Assembly (NCBI GenBank): GCA_965200315.1 | Contig: OZ241362.1 | Location: forward strand, 352,001 to 416,000 | Origin: Candidatus Latescibacterota bacterium | GTDB taxonomy: Bacteria > Latescibacterota > UBA2968 > UBA8231 | Direction: 5' to 3' | Length of the DNA stretch: 64,000 bases | Notes under the pieces: generated by a model | The model's input: only the letters and a program-made list of their open reading frames with translations | Database searches by the model: none | Told to the model about the DNA's origin: nothing | Part shown: piece after piece, positions 39,296 to 48,755 of the stretch | Position numbering within the stretch: the stretch's first letter is position 1 | Layout: the number at the start of each line of letters is the position of its first letter | Program-made: the position numbers and the translations under genes

Positions 39296-39679
39296 GTGAG
39301 CTACTGCCAGCTAAAGCAGGTAGCTTCTAACGGAGCACGCATGAGTTGACTACCTCTACGTTACGCTCCGTAGGCCTGCACCGGGCCTGATGCTCAACCG
39401 AAGTTGAGAAACACAGTTACTCCGACCTGTGGTCGGAGACTTGGGTGGGACAACCTGCTGCCAGCGTTTGCAGCTTTGCAGCATCGCGACCGGCTCTTAC
39501 AGCTCTTACAGCCTTGCCGAACGCTCGCTGTAGGTTGACCACGCAACAGATGAGTCCACGTCGATTCATAGACAAAATCTATCGTAGATCGGCTATCGCT
39601 CCGGGCACTACGCGCCCATCGCTCAAGCCGGTCTCCATGCCCCTGTCAGCTAAAGCAAACAGTCCTCTGGAGACTTTTT
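39296..39679 (-). mobile_element. Non-autonomous IS200/IS605-family element (no TnpA/TnpB) with RE/omegaRNA-like scaffold
   Basis: Minus strand ends GAAGCTACCTGCTTTAGCTGGCAGTAGCTCAC (RE hairpin + TCAC) and begins AAAAAGTCTCCAGAGGACTGTTTGCTTTAGCTGACAGGGG (LE hairpin, same GCTTTAGCTG core); no TSD. Confidence 0.72.
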
Positions 39680-41113
39680 ATGGCTCAATTGAAAGCGATC
39701 CGCCTGCGCTTAGACAAGCCTTTGACCGGGCCGTACGACCGCCTTTTGGGCCGCCCTGGTCCCGAAGTCATCTCACTGGCAGCGGGCGAAACCATGGCGA
39801 TCATCCGCGGTGCGCGGCTACTAAAAGCCATGCCCTTGTGGGAAAGCACGGACGCGTGTTATTACTCCAAAAAGACGGCTCCTGGGTGGGCCGCGGAAAA
39901 TTTTAGAGATGTAGAGCAAGCCGAGCGTTGGGCAGAGAAAGGGCTGGTGAATTCGCTGGCTGTGCCCATAGGCTACTTCAAGCTGCCCAATGCCGCTTGG
40001 ATCGGCGCGCTGGCAGCCGAACTGACGCCGTGGACGGCCCAAGCCGTTGAAGCATGGCGGACAGGGATTAAGCGGGACATTTGGCTGACCGTACTGAGGG
40101 TATATGGCTGTGCGCCCGTGCAACCGAAATTTTTGCGGAAAACGGGCGCGGACCCGCTGCGCGTTAGGCCCTTTGAGATTGAGCAATTGCAGCCGGTCGT
40201 TTTAGAAAGAGATATCGAGCGGCGGATGGAACAGATACAAGAGGCTGTAGCACGGCATGCTCGCGGTGGCGGTACCCGTGTGGGCGCAAGCTACGACGGC
40301 CAGGCTTTCACTGCGGAGACTGGCTACAGTGCCGATGAGCTAAAGGGCTGGATTGACCAATTGCAGCGCAAGCAGCAGCTCATTCTATACGGCCCGCCCG
40401 GCACCGGCAAGACGTACTTGGCCAAGTGCTTGGCTCGTTATCTGGTGGATGGCGGCGGTTTCAGCGAACTCGTGCAATTCCACGCCTCGTACGCGTATGA
40501 GGATTTCGTCCAAGGAATTCGGCCGCAGGTCGTGGATGGCGCACTGCACTACGAATTGACCGCCGGGCACTTTCTGCGGTTTTGCGCCAAGGCGCGCCAA
40601 GCCGCAGAAAAGCCCTGCGTGCTGATCATCGACGAAATCAACCGCGCTAACCTCGCGCGCGTTTTTGGCGAGTTAATGTACCTGTTGGAATACCGCGATC
40701 GCCCGATCACGCTGGCCGCTGGCGGCTCCGAGTTTTCGCTCCCGGCCAACGTCTATCTCATCGGCACCATGAACACGGCCGACCGGTCGATCGCCTTGGT
40801 CGATCAAGCCATGCGGCGGCGATTCAGCTTTGTCCGCCTGCGCCCCAACTACCAGCTTTTGGCAAATTATCTCGAGAATAGGAGCTTACCGCCGGATAAA
40901 TTGGTCGCGCTACTAAAAGAAGTAAATCAATCCATTGGGGATGAGGACTGCGAACTGGGTATTTCTTTCTTCATGGTCGCCGATGTCGCAACGGCGCTGG
41001 CGCATATTTGGCAAGGCGAGGTCGAGCCGTATCTGGAGGAGGTGTTTTTCGATCGCCCGGACCAGATGGCGCGCTTTCGCTGGTCCAAAGTCGCCGAGCG
41101 TTTGCAGGATTAG
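39680..41113 (+). CDS. mcrB: McrB-family AAA+ GTPase with atypical N-terminal domain
   Basis: [51 protein letters not shown]. Confidence 0.9.
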   Translation: MAQLKAIRLRLDKPLTGPYDRLLGRPGPEVISLAAGETMAIIRGARLLKAMPLWESTDACYYSKKTAPGWAAENFRDVEQAERWAEKGLVNSLAVPIGYFKLPNAAWIGALAAELTPWTAQAVEAWRTGIKRDIWLTVLRVYGCAPVQPKFLRKTGADPLRVRPFEIEQLQPVVLERDIERRMEQIQEAVARHARGGGTRVGASYDGQAFTAETGYSADELKGWIDQLQRKQQLILYGPPGTGKTYLAKCLARYLVDGGGFSELVQFHASYAYEDFVQGIRPQVVDGALHYELTAGHFLRFCAKARQAAEKPCVLIIDEINRANLARVFGELMYLLEYRDRPITLAAGGSEFSLPANVYLIGTMNTADRSIALVDQAMRRRFSFVRLRPNYQLLANYLENRSLPPDKLVALLKEVNQSIGDEDCELGISFFMVADVATALAHIWQGEVEPYLEEVFFDRPDQMARFRWSKVAERLQD

Positions 41114-41115
41114 GC

Positions 41116-42276
41116 GTGCGACGCTACGCGCTGATCGAAGAGAAAGTAGCCGCGATTCCGGCGGCCGAGCTTGCGGTCGAACAGGCCCTACACCTGCACA
41201 CCCAATATGCAAAAGAGTTGGAGTTCGGCTTCCCTAGCCCGCTCAATGGCCAGTGTTATCAACTCAGATCGCGGGGGTATGTCGGCGTGGTGCCATTGGG
41301 CGCGGATGCCGCCTTGGAAATCAATCCCAAAATCCGCTGCTCACTGCTCATGTCCATGCTGGAGTACGCCTATCAGTTGCCCAAGGTAAGCGAATACAAG
41401 GCCCCAGCTACTATGGGGGATATTTACGAGTTTTGGGCCGAGGTACTCGCACGCAAAGTCTTGCAACGGGTGCGGCGCGGGCTGTTTTGGGATTACCAAA
41501 CCCGCGAAGGCCCCAGTCGGTGGGTGCGGGGGCGCATGTACCCCGAGCGCAGTGCCTTGGGCGTTCATCCCTACTGTCGGTTTGCCGAGCACACGCCCGA
41601 TATCATCGACAACCGCATCTTGGCCAACGCGCTGCATGGCCTGCGGCGCTTTGCCTTTCGCCGCGAAAGCGTTCAGCAAATGGTCGGTCGGGCTTGGTGG
41701 GCACTGAGCGAGCTAAATTACCGCCACATTCGCCCCGCCGATTGTCTCGGCGTAGTGTACCACCAACTAAACGAGGACTACCGACCGATGCATGCCCTGT
41801 GCTATCCCTTGCTCCAACAGCGCAGTCCGGCTTGGGGAGTAGGGGCCGAGGAAGGGCCGGCGTACTTGTTGCACATGCCGACCTTATTCGAGCGGTTTTG
41901 CACGGCGTTTATCGACCACAAGCTCAATCACAGGGTGGAACTAAAAGCCCAGTACCACACGCGACTCAAGGGAACAGAGCGGCTTTCCTTTCGCTTGGAC
42001 ATGGCCCTGTTTTCAGCGGCAACCGGGCAGCCGCTGGCGGTAGTTGATGCAAAATACAAGGCCGCTGGTCCCGTAGAAAGCGATGTGCAGCAGGTGGTTG
42101 CCTATGCGGTGCAACTAGGTACGCGCCGGGCCTTTTTGCTCTATCCCAGCCGCGATATAAGCGAGCAGTTCGAGGTCGGCCCGGTGGCCGTGCAAGCACT
42201 TGGGTACGATCTCGACGCCGAAGATCTAGAGGAAGCGGGACGGCGCGTGATTCGCAAAATAGAAAACAGCATATAA
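41116..42276 (+). CDS. mcrC: McrC-family PD-(D/E)xK restriction subunit
   Basis: GYVGVV, INPK, DNRIL, MPTLFE, DAKYK, DVQQVVAYA, LLYP; follows mcrB. Confidence 0.88.
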   Translation: MRRYALIEEKVAAIPAAELAVEQALHLHTQYAKELEFGFPSPLNGQCYQLRSRGYVGVVPLGADAALEINPKIRCSLLMSMLEYAYQLPKVSEYKAPATMGDIYEFWAEVLARKVLQRVRRGLFWDYQTREGPSRWVRGRMYPERSALGVHPYCRFAEHTPDIIDNRILANALHGLRRFAFRRESVQQMVGRAWWALSELNYRHIRPADCLGVVYHQLNEDYRPMHALCYPLLQQRSPAWGVGAEEGPAYLLHMPTLFERFCTAFIDHKLNHRVELKAQYHTRLKGTERLSFRLDMALFSAATGQPLAVVDAKYKAAGPVESDVQQVVAYAVQLGTRRAFLLYPSRDISEQFEVGPVAVQALGYDLDAEDLEEAGRRVIRKIENSI

Positions 42277-42308
42277 AAATTAATATGTAAACAAAATAAA
42301 CAAAAAAT

Positions 42309-43562
42309 TTAAGACTCAACAAGAAACAAACTCAAATCAGCCCAGTAGGTAATCACGACTAAGCAGGCCAACAAAATCAACAGAAAAGGCAAGGAGACGC
42401 GGTAGAGCCGGTGTACGGGCTGTTCAAAGCGAATGCTGGCAATGAAGAGGTTGAGGCCAACTGGCGGCGTTGAGTAGCCGATTTCCAAATTGGTCAAAAA
42501 AATGATCCCAAGGTGAATGGGATGCACGTCGTATGCTGCGGCAATGGGCAGGATCAGGGGCACGACGATGAGGAGGGCGGAGAACATGTCGATCATACAG
42601 CCAACCGCTAGCAGAAATACATTGAGGAGAATCAAAAACAGTAGGCGGCTGCTAATGTGGGTCTCTATATAGGTGAGCAAGCGCGTTGGAATTTCCGCAT
42701 CAATGAGGTAATTGGTATAGGCCATGGCGGCAGCCAAGACGACGAAAATGCCGCCGACGAGTACCATGCTATCGCAGATGATCTTCGGCAGTTGCCTAAT
42801 GGAGATCTCGCGGCGAATTAGCACCACCACCACCAAAGCGTACAGGGTGCTCAAGGCCGCGGCTTCGCTGACGGCGATTATGCCCCCGTAGATCCCCCCG
42901 AAGATCACCACTGGCAACAGAAGCTCCCAACTACACGCGGCAAAGGCCTGCGGCAATTGACGCCATCCGGTGGGGTGCTCAGGCGCGGTATTGCGCCGGC
43001 CTTGGAACAGGCTGTAGCAAGACAGGGCTCCTACTAGGAGCAAGCCGGGGACGATGCCTGCAATAAAAAGCTGATCTATCGGCGTCTCGGATACGATGCC
43101 GTAAATGATGAGCGGCAGGCTCGGCGGAAAGAGCAATCCCAAGCTGCCCGAGGTGGTAATCAGCCCGAGGGAAAACGAATCGGGTAGGCGCTGTTGTCGC
43201 AGAGCGGGCAACAGCAACCCACCGAGCGCGACAATCGTCATCCCCGACGCCCCGGTCAAAGCCGTGAAGAGGGCACAGACGATAATGGCCACAATGGCCA
43301 GACCCCCCGGCAGCCAGCCGAGCAAAGCTTGGGAGAAGCGCACCAGCCGGGCTGGTGCGCCGCTTTCGGCAAGGAGAAAACCCGTGAGGGCAAAGAGCGG
43401 AATAGCCGTTAAGGTGGGCGTTTCGGCTATCCGGTACATCTCGATAAAGACGACGGTTAAATCGATCTCGGCGAGGGAGAAGTGCAAAATGGCCATCGCG
43501 CTGATGACCACAAAGAGCGGGACGCCGGCTAGGGTGGCTAGGGCGGCTAGGAGACTGCTCAC
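42309..43562 (-). CDS. TRAP transporter large permease (DctM)
   Basis: AIPLF, TGASG, GSLGLLFPPS, TPPVGLNLF; GTGA overlap with DctQ. Confidence 0.92.
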   Translation of the reverse strand: MSSLLAALATLAGVPLFVVISAMAILHFSLAEIDLTVVFIEMYRIAETPTLTAIPLFALTGFLLAESGAPARLVRFSQALLGWLPGGLAIVAIIVCALFTALTGASGMTIVALGGLLLPALRQQRLPDSFSLGLITTSGSLGLLFPPSLPLIIYGIVSETPIDQLFIAGIVPGLLLVGALSCYSLFQGRRNTAPEHPTGWRQLPQAFAACSWELLLPVVIFGGIYGGIIAVSEAAALSTLYALVVVVLIRREISIRQLPKIICDSMVLVGGIFVVLAAAMAYTNYLIDAEIPTRLLTYIETHISSRLLFLILLNVFLLAVGCMIDMFSALLIVVPLILPIAAAYDVHPIHLGIIFLTNLEIGYSTPPVGLNLFIASIRFEQPVHRLYRVSLPFLLILLACLVVITYWADLSLFLVES

Positions 43563-44035
43563 GGGCGAGCTGCCGGCGTACGAAGGCGACGCACGCCCTG
43601 CAAGAGGAAGCGCAGTGCCATCAAGCCAAAGACGAGGGGAAAGCACAGTTGGACGATCCAAGCGGGGATGGCAAAGAAAGCCATCGTGCCGAATGCGCGT
43701 TCGTCGAGCACGAAGTGCCCAGCGATATAGGATAGATAGGAGCAAAGCGCGGCGGCAAAAAAGTCCGCGCAGCTCAAGACGATGGCTCTCACCCGGGTAG
43801 GTAACAGGCGCAACGCAGCGTCAATGCGGATGTGTTTGTCGAGCCGGGTGGCTACCAAAGCGCCAGCCAGTCCAATCCACAACACGAGGTGCCGGACGAG
43901 GCTTTCAGTGCCCAGGAAGGTGATGGAGAATAGATTGCGCACGAGAATCTGCCCGCAGGTCAGCACCAGCAGGCAGACGACCAAAAGGACGAGAAAGCCG
44001 GTCTCGAGGCGGTGGAGGATGGGCTGGCCGCTCAA
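43559..44035 (-). CDS. TRAP transporter small permease (DctQ)
   Basis: 4 TM helices; RHLVLWIGLAGA..A..HIRID. Confidence 0.88.
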   Translation of the reverse strand: MSGQPILHRLETGFLVLLVVCLLVLTCGQILVRNLFSITFLGTESLVRHLVLWIGLAGALVATRLDKHIRIDAALRLLPTRVRAIVLSCADFFAAALCSYLSYIAGHFVLDERAFGTMAFFAIPAWIVQLCFPLVFGLMALRFLLQGVRRLRTPAARP

Positions 44036-45036
44036 GGGGAAGTCTGGCGGAAGTCTTGGAGGTGCCGCGCTATTTGCTCGTGAGCCTCGCGGGAAAAGGC
44101 TTGGCCCACGAGTTCTGCTTCGGCCCTAGCGACGAAGCCCTTGAAGGTCTCTGCATCTTTAGGGTTGACTTCGACTAACGACAGGCCGTTAGCTTGCAAC
44201 ACGGTCATGGCTTCGTCGTTTTCTCGGCGGTTGCGTTGTCCCAAGGCGGCCATGTGCTGTTGCGTTATGCGGCTGATGCGCTCACGATCTTCGGCGGGAA
44301 TTTTATCAAAAGCTCGCTTGTCAATCAAAAGTGCGCCTAGGGTGTAGTTGATGGGCAGTTGGGTGACGTATTTTGCGCGGGTAAACCATTGGAGGACAAT
44401 GGTCGCCGAGGGCGAGGCGTACACCACATCGATTAGGTTGGTCTGCAATCCGAGGAGGACATCCGGGATGTTGAGGGGAACCGAAGTGACGCCGGCTAAA
44501 CGGAAAAGCACGGAGGTCAGCGGTTCATCGGGCAACTGCCATACCTTTTGGGTGCGCATGTCCTCGACAGTAGCCACGGGTTGCTGCGAGAGAATGTGGA
44601 CAAAGCCGATGTCGGCCCAACCGAGAAAGACATAGCCCCGTTCTTCGTATCCTCGTCGATAAAAGGCATCCATTTTCTCGAGCACGTAATCCACTTCGGC
44701 ATAGCTGTCGAAGAGGAAGGGCATTTGCAGTGCGAGCACATCGGGCAAGGTCTGACTGACACCTTGCCCGCCAAAATTACCGCCGTGGAGCTGGCCGATG
44801 CGCATCTTGCGCAAGACGACTTTCTCCTCGCCTTGGACGCCGCCGGGATAGATTTTGAACCCTACGTTGTCCCCTGTCTCCCGCCGCACATCCGCATCAA
44901 TGGTGCGGAGGACATCGGCCCAGCTACTACCCTCCGGGGCGAGGGTCGCAATTTTGAGGAGGTGATTGGGTTGGGCCGCGACAGAGTTGGCTATCAGTGC
45001 GGCGACGACCGCAAAAAGTCCCTTAAAAGAAATCAT
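44032..45036 (-). CDS. TRAP substrate-binding protein (DctP, TPAT P-component)
   Basis: KIATLAPEGSSW, YPGGVQG, KMRIGQL, LQTNLID. Confidence 0.92.
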   Translation of the reverse strand: MISFKGLFAVVAALIANSVAAQPNHLLKIATLAPEGSSWADVLRTIDADVRRETGDNVGFKIYPGGVQGEEKVVLRKMRIGQLHGGNFGGQGVSQTLPDVLALQMPFLFDSYAEVDYVLEKMDAFYRRGYEERGYVFLGWADIGFVHILSQQPVATVEDMRTQKVWQLPDEPLTSVLFRLAGVTSVPLNIPDVLLGLQTNLIDVVYASPSATIVLQWFTRAKYVTQLPINYTLGALLIDKRAFDKIPAEDRERISRITQQHMAALGQRNRRENDEAMTVLQANGLSLVEVNPKDAETFKGFVARAEAELVGQAFSREAHEQIARHLQDFRQTSP

Positions 45037-45892
45037 TGGCTTGGTCTAAGAGGATCTGCGCCTGTCTTTGGGCGGCGATGTTTTGCAAGGTAAGCTCCGG
45101 TACGGCGTCTGCCGAGCTGGTTAGGGCTTGGTTGAGCAGGGATTCGTATAGCTCCCGGTCAAAAGTGCTCCGAGCATAGAATTTGGCCTTGGCTACGTAC
45201 ACCATGAGCACCTGTCCTTTACTGATGGTCGCGGCTCGGTCGAAGTGTTCGGCGGCTTTTTCCGGGTTGCCGCCCAACATCGGCGGCAGGGCAGCGTAAT
45301 AGGACCCCAAGAAGATGTGAGGACTCCCGTATTGAAAGGTTTCGTCTTGGTCCACGATCCACTGCATGAGTTTAATGACTTTGGGCAATTCGGCCAGTGC
45401 CGCCATAGATTCAATGTTGGCACTAATCCAAGCTCCCCAACTCGAAGCGGCCCAGAACACAACCGGCAGGTCTGAAGCCTCTAAGTCGTCAGTGACGCGG
45501 ATAAATTCAACATAGGGTGCTTGGAGCAAGTCGGGTTGCCTCAGGCGTAGAGCAAGGGCTTTGAGGCCATTGACCTTGCCCCGATGATATAGGTGCTTGG
45601 CTCGCTCGGGATCATCGACTTCGACCAAAGTGGCGTAGGAAGTATAGATCTCAGCAGCACTTAAGAGCAGTTGCGGGTCTTGCGGATTGGCCACCAACAG
45701 CCCTTCTAATAAAAGCAAAAAAGTAGGTACGCCCGAGGCGACCAAATCCAAGTCGTCGTGGCGGGCTGTGGCCGTACTGACATCCTCTATCAACGATCCT
45801 ACCAGCGCGGACTGCAACCTAGCTGCACACCCAAGCGGACCAAAGGCGAGAGTTGCCAGCAAGACAGTTGTTAAGATGTGTTTGGCTACCAT
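45023..45892 (-). CDS. TRAP TatT component (TPR lipoprotein)
   Basis: Lipobox-like PLGC, LLLEGLL, LGGNPEKA..HF; directly upstream of DctP. Confidence 0.85.
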   Translation of the reverse strand: MVAKHILTTVLLATLAFGPLGCAARLQSALVGSLIEDVSTATARHDDLDLVASGVPTFLLLLEGLLVANPQDPQLLLSAAEIYTSYATLVEVDDPERAKHLYHRGKVNGLKALALRLRQPDLLQAPYVEFIRVTDDLEASDLPVVFWAASSWGAWISANIESMAALAELPKVIKLMQWIVDQDETFQYGSPHIFLGSYYAALPPMLGGNPEKAAEHFDRAATISKGQVLMVYVAKAKFYARSTFDRELYESLLNQALTSSADAVPELTLQNIAAQRQAQILLDQANDFF

Positions 45893-45920
45893 TCGGACCC
45901 AAGGGATTGACTAAGAGAGT

Positions 45921-46982
45921 CTAAGATGCGTTCCCCACTTCATCTGCCTCTATTGCAACGCGCAAACACTGCCACGGGTCGTCGTCTTCAGCGCAGGCCG
46001 CAAAAATTTCCAAGGCACCAGCTAAGCCCTCGCTACAGGCGCGATAAACAGCATAAAAAAGCGTTAGATTGGCGTTGTAGCGACGATAAGACAAAAGTCG
46101 CGCATTGTTTAGTTCCCACTGAAGGAACCCATCGTACTGGTTGCGACTAAACTGCGCTTTAATGAGGGCGAAATCGCGCTGGCGCTGGGCAAAAACAACC
46201 TGTCGGTCGCGCAGTACAAGGCTGCGAGGCAAATCCAGCGAGTAGAGGCTGTCAAGTGCTGCAACAGTCTCGGCCATGAAGCGCCGAAAGAGGGCCGCAT
46301 CCGCTCGGCGCACTTCGGCCTGTTGCAAAAGCGGGGTATCGGGGCCGAAGTGCTGCGCCAAGAAGAGCAGGGACCCTTGGCGGCCGACGAAGGTTGCCAA
46401 GCTCTCGTTGTAATCGGTCTGCCCGCGGGCATAGACGAGGGCGTGCGTCAGCTCGTGGAGAATCAAATCGGCTAGTTGATCGGGTGCGTAACCGAGCATT
46501 GGGCTGAGAATTGGATCGGAAAAAAATCCCAAGGTGCTGTAGGCACCGACCGGGCGGACCATAGCATCGTACCCTGCGGCGGCGAGGGCATCGCGCTGTT
46601 CGTCAGCCAAATCGCGGCGGAAGAAACCTTTGTAGGGGACCTCACCGACGAGTGGAAAATCCCAAGTATAGGGCGAGAAGCGGTCAGGCGGACAAGCGCT
46701 GACATTCCAACTAATCGGATCGCCGCCCGTATCGTAGAAGGTTGTGTACTGATCGTCTGTTTTCAGACCCACGCTTTCGGCGTAGCCGAGAATGGCTTGG
46801 ATCAGCTCTAGCTGTGTCCGGGTTTGCTCGGCCAAATCGGGGCGGGCGAGGAGGGTTTGGACTGAGATGCGCTTGTACACCACGCGGCTTTGGCCGCGGG
46901 CTAGATGCCAATAGTAATTGAGATTGCAACCACAGAGGCCCAACAGGCCAAGCCCGATGAGAACTCGAAATAAAAGAGGCAT
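45921..46982 (-). CDS. Putative zinc aminopeptidase lipoprotein (DUF2265-like)
   Basis: LCGC lipobox, YKGFF, AYSTLGFFSDP, HELTH, NESLA, LNNARL. Confidence 0.82.
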   Translation of the reverse strand: MPLLFRVLIGLGLLGLCGCNLNYYWHLARGQSRVVYKRISVQTLLARPDLAEQTRTQLELIQAILGYAESVGLKTDDQYTTFYDTGGDPISWNVSACPPDRFSPYTWDFPLVGEVPYKGFFRRDLADEQRDALAAAGYDAMVRPVGAYSTLGFFSDPILSPMLGYAPDQLADLILHELTHALVYARGQTDYNESLATFVGRQGSLLFLAQHFGPDTPLLQQAEVRRADAALFRRFMAETVAALDSLYSLDLPRSLVLRDRQVVFAQRQRDFALIKAQFSRNQYDGFLQWELNNARLLSYRRYNANLTLFYAVYRACSEGLAGALEIFAACAEDDDPWQCLRVAIEADEVGNAS

Positions 46983-47033
46983 CCGCGGCCAACAGCCACT
47001 TGTGCGGCTTAATAGGAGAGCGGGCCCGCCAAC

Positions 47034-47549
47034 CTAGGGTTTGCTGACGATCTTTTCTCCATCGAAGATCACATTGCCTTCTTTGTCGAGGACGCGACCG
47101 TCGCTGGTAAACTCATACTTCATGGATTGACCCAAGGTCAGGTGGCGTTGTACTTCCTCTAAGTCTTGGTATTTCTCGATTAGCTTTTCAATCGGCCCCT
47201 CAAACGAAGTCTGCTGCCACTTGGGTCGATTCTTGTTGTGGGCGGCCCGCTCTTCTGCCGTCATAATGGGCAGGCGCTCGGCAGCGGGGGTAAACCGCCC
47301 GGCCATGGCCTGTTGGCGGCGATACTTCTCGTGGCGCTTTTCCGACTCGGTCAGCATTTCATCGGGAATGGCTTCAAAGCTGGTATCTTGGTCCGCTCCT
47401 TGTTCCCGGCATTTTTGCTGCTCTTCTTGGACCTCGCGCGAAAGGCGCTGTTGGCGCTCGTGGTCCAAACTGGGATCGGTACCTAATCTCCGCAGTACAT
47501 GTCGTGCGGCCTTGTTCATAGGAATGGGCTGCCTCCCTGAAAATTGCAT
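47034..47549 (-). CDS. Hypothetical protein (hydrophilic, coiled-coil)
   Basis: 171-aa ORF filling the gap, co-oriented with the TRAP cluster; no motif recognised. Confidence 0.55.
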   Translation of the reverse strand: MQFSGRQPIPMNKAARHVLRRLGTDPSLDHERQQRLSREVQEEQQKCREQGADQDTSFEAIPDEMLTESEKRHEKYRRQQAMAGRFTPAAERLPIMTAEERAAHNKNRPKWQQTSFEGPIEKLIEKYQDLEEVQRHLTLGQSMKYEFTSDGRVLDKEGNVIFDGEKIVSKP

Positions 47550-47720
47550 GCAGTGTGTTCACAATTGGCTAGCGCTAGAAGATATAAGGGGGCGGATGAT
47601 TTGGCAAATCCAAATCACCTTGGTTATTATAGTATAGACACCAACGGATGCTCTCGATGCCGGGGAGCTCAATACCAAGGCTACAGAGTCGAGATTTAAC
47701 TTTTTGGATGGAGATATAGA

Positions 47721-48740
47721 ATGAGCGTTTTTTCGCGTTTTTTTTCGCATGAAATAGGTATAGACTTGGGCACTGCCAATACTTTGGTGTATGTCAAAGG
47801 CAAGGGAATCGTCCTCAACGAACCCTCGGTTGTCGCCCGCCAAGTCTCTACCCAAAAAGTTATTGCTGTCGGCGCAGAGGCCAAGGAAATGATGGGGCGC
47901 GAAAACGCTGGGATCCAAATAATTCGCCCTTTAAAAGACGGCGTTATCGCCGATTTTGAAGTTACCGAAGAGATGATTCGCAGCTTTATCCGCAAAGTAA
48001 AAAAGAACAAACTTTTCGTGCGGCCCAAGATCGTGGTAGCGGTCCCGGCAGGCAGCACTGAAGTAGAAAAACGGGCCGTGCGAAACTCCTGCGAGCGCGT
48101 GGGGGCTAGAGAAGTCCATCTGGTCAGCGAGCCGATGGCCGCGGCTATCGGCATGGGATTGCCAGTTCATCAAGCCGTCGGCTCAATGGTTATCGATATT
48201 GGTGGCGGGACGACAGAGGTTGCCGTAATTGCCCTTTCAGGTCTAGTCGAACACGAGTCGCTGCGGGTGGCCGGGGAAGCTATGGATCAGTCAATTTCCG
48301 AGTGGATGCGCAGAAAGCACAGCCTGCTTATTGGCGTCCAAGGTGCCGAGAACATCAAGTGGAAAATCGGGTCGGCGAAGGAATTGGGAACAGAAGAGAG
48401 TATGCCGGTGCGTGGTCGCGACACCGTAGCCGGGCTACCCAGAGTCATGCAAGTAGATTCAGTTGAGATACGAGAAGCCCTATCCGATTCCGTAGCTCAA
48501 ATTGTCGCCAGCGTGCGCCGAGTATTGGAGAGGATGCCGCCCGAATTGGCGGCAGATATCCTCGATAGGGGCATGGTACTCTGCGGTGGTGGGAGCATGC
48601 TGCAAGGGCTGAGGGAACACCTGCTTGAGGCGACGGATTTGCCTACGTATGTCGATAGTGAAGATCCCCTCTCGGCCGTGGTGCGGGGCAATGCCCGCAT
48701 TCTCGAAGAGTTTGATAACTACCGCCAAGTTTTGCTCTAA
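47721..48740 (+). CDS. mreB: Rod shape-determining protein MreB
   Basis: GIDLGTANT, RPLKDGVIADF, EPMAAAIG, DIGGGTTE, PPELAADI. Confidence 0.97.
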   Translation: MSVFSRFFSHEIGIDLGTANTLVYVKGKGIVLNEPSVVARQVSTQKVIAVGAEAKEMMGRENAGIQIIRPLKDGVIADFEVTEEMIRSFIRKVKKNKLFVRPKIVVAVPAGSTEVEKRAVRNSCERVGAREVHLVSEPMAAAIGMGLPVHQAVGSMVIDIGGGTTEVAVIALSGLVEHESLRVAGEAMDQSISEWMRRKHSLLIGVQGAENIKWKIGSAKELGTEESMPVRGRDTVAGLPRVMQVDSVEIREALSDSVAQIVASVRRVLERMPPELAADILDRGMVLCGGGSMLQGLREHLLEATDLPTYVDSEDPLSAVVRGNARILEEFDNYRQVLL

Positions 48741-48755
48741 CTGAGTTATGGAGTT

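Noticed and set aside
39296-39679. tmRNA, RNase P RNA or riboswitch interpretation of the structured intergenic region
   Set aside because: No tRNA-like ends, tag ORF or RNase P consensus; paired IS605-type terminal hairpins explain it better
39445-39906. 153-aa plus-strand ORF spanning the element and the mcrB start
   Set aside because: No motifs, crosses the element boundary and overlaps mcrB out of frame
42276-42310. Very AT-rich patch after mcrC as a possible island boundary
   Set aside because: Only about 35 bp between convergent genes; no direct repeat or integrase
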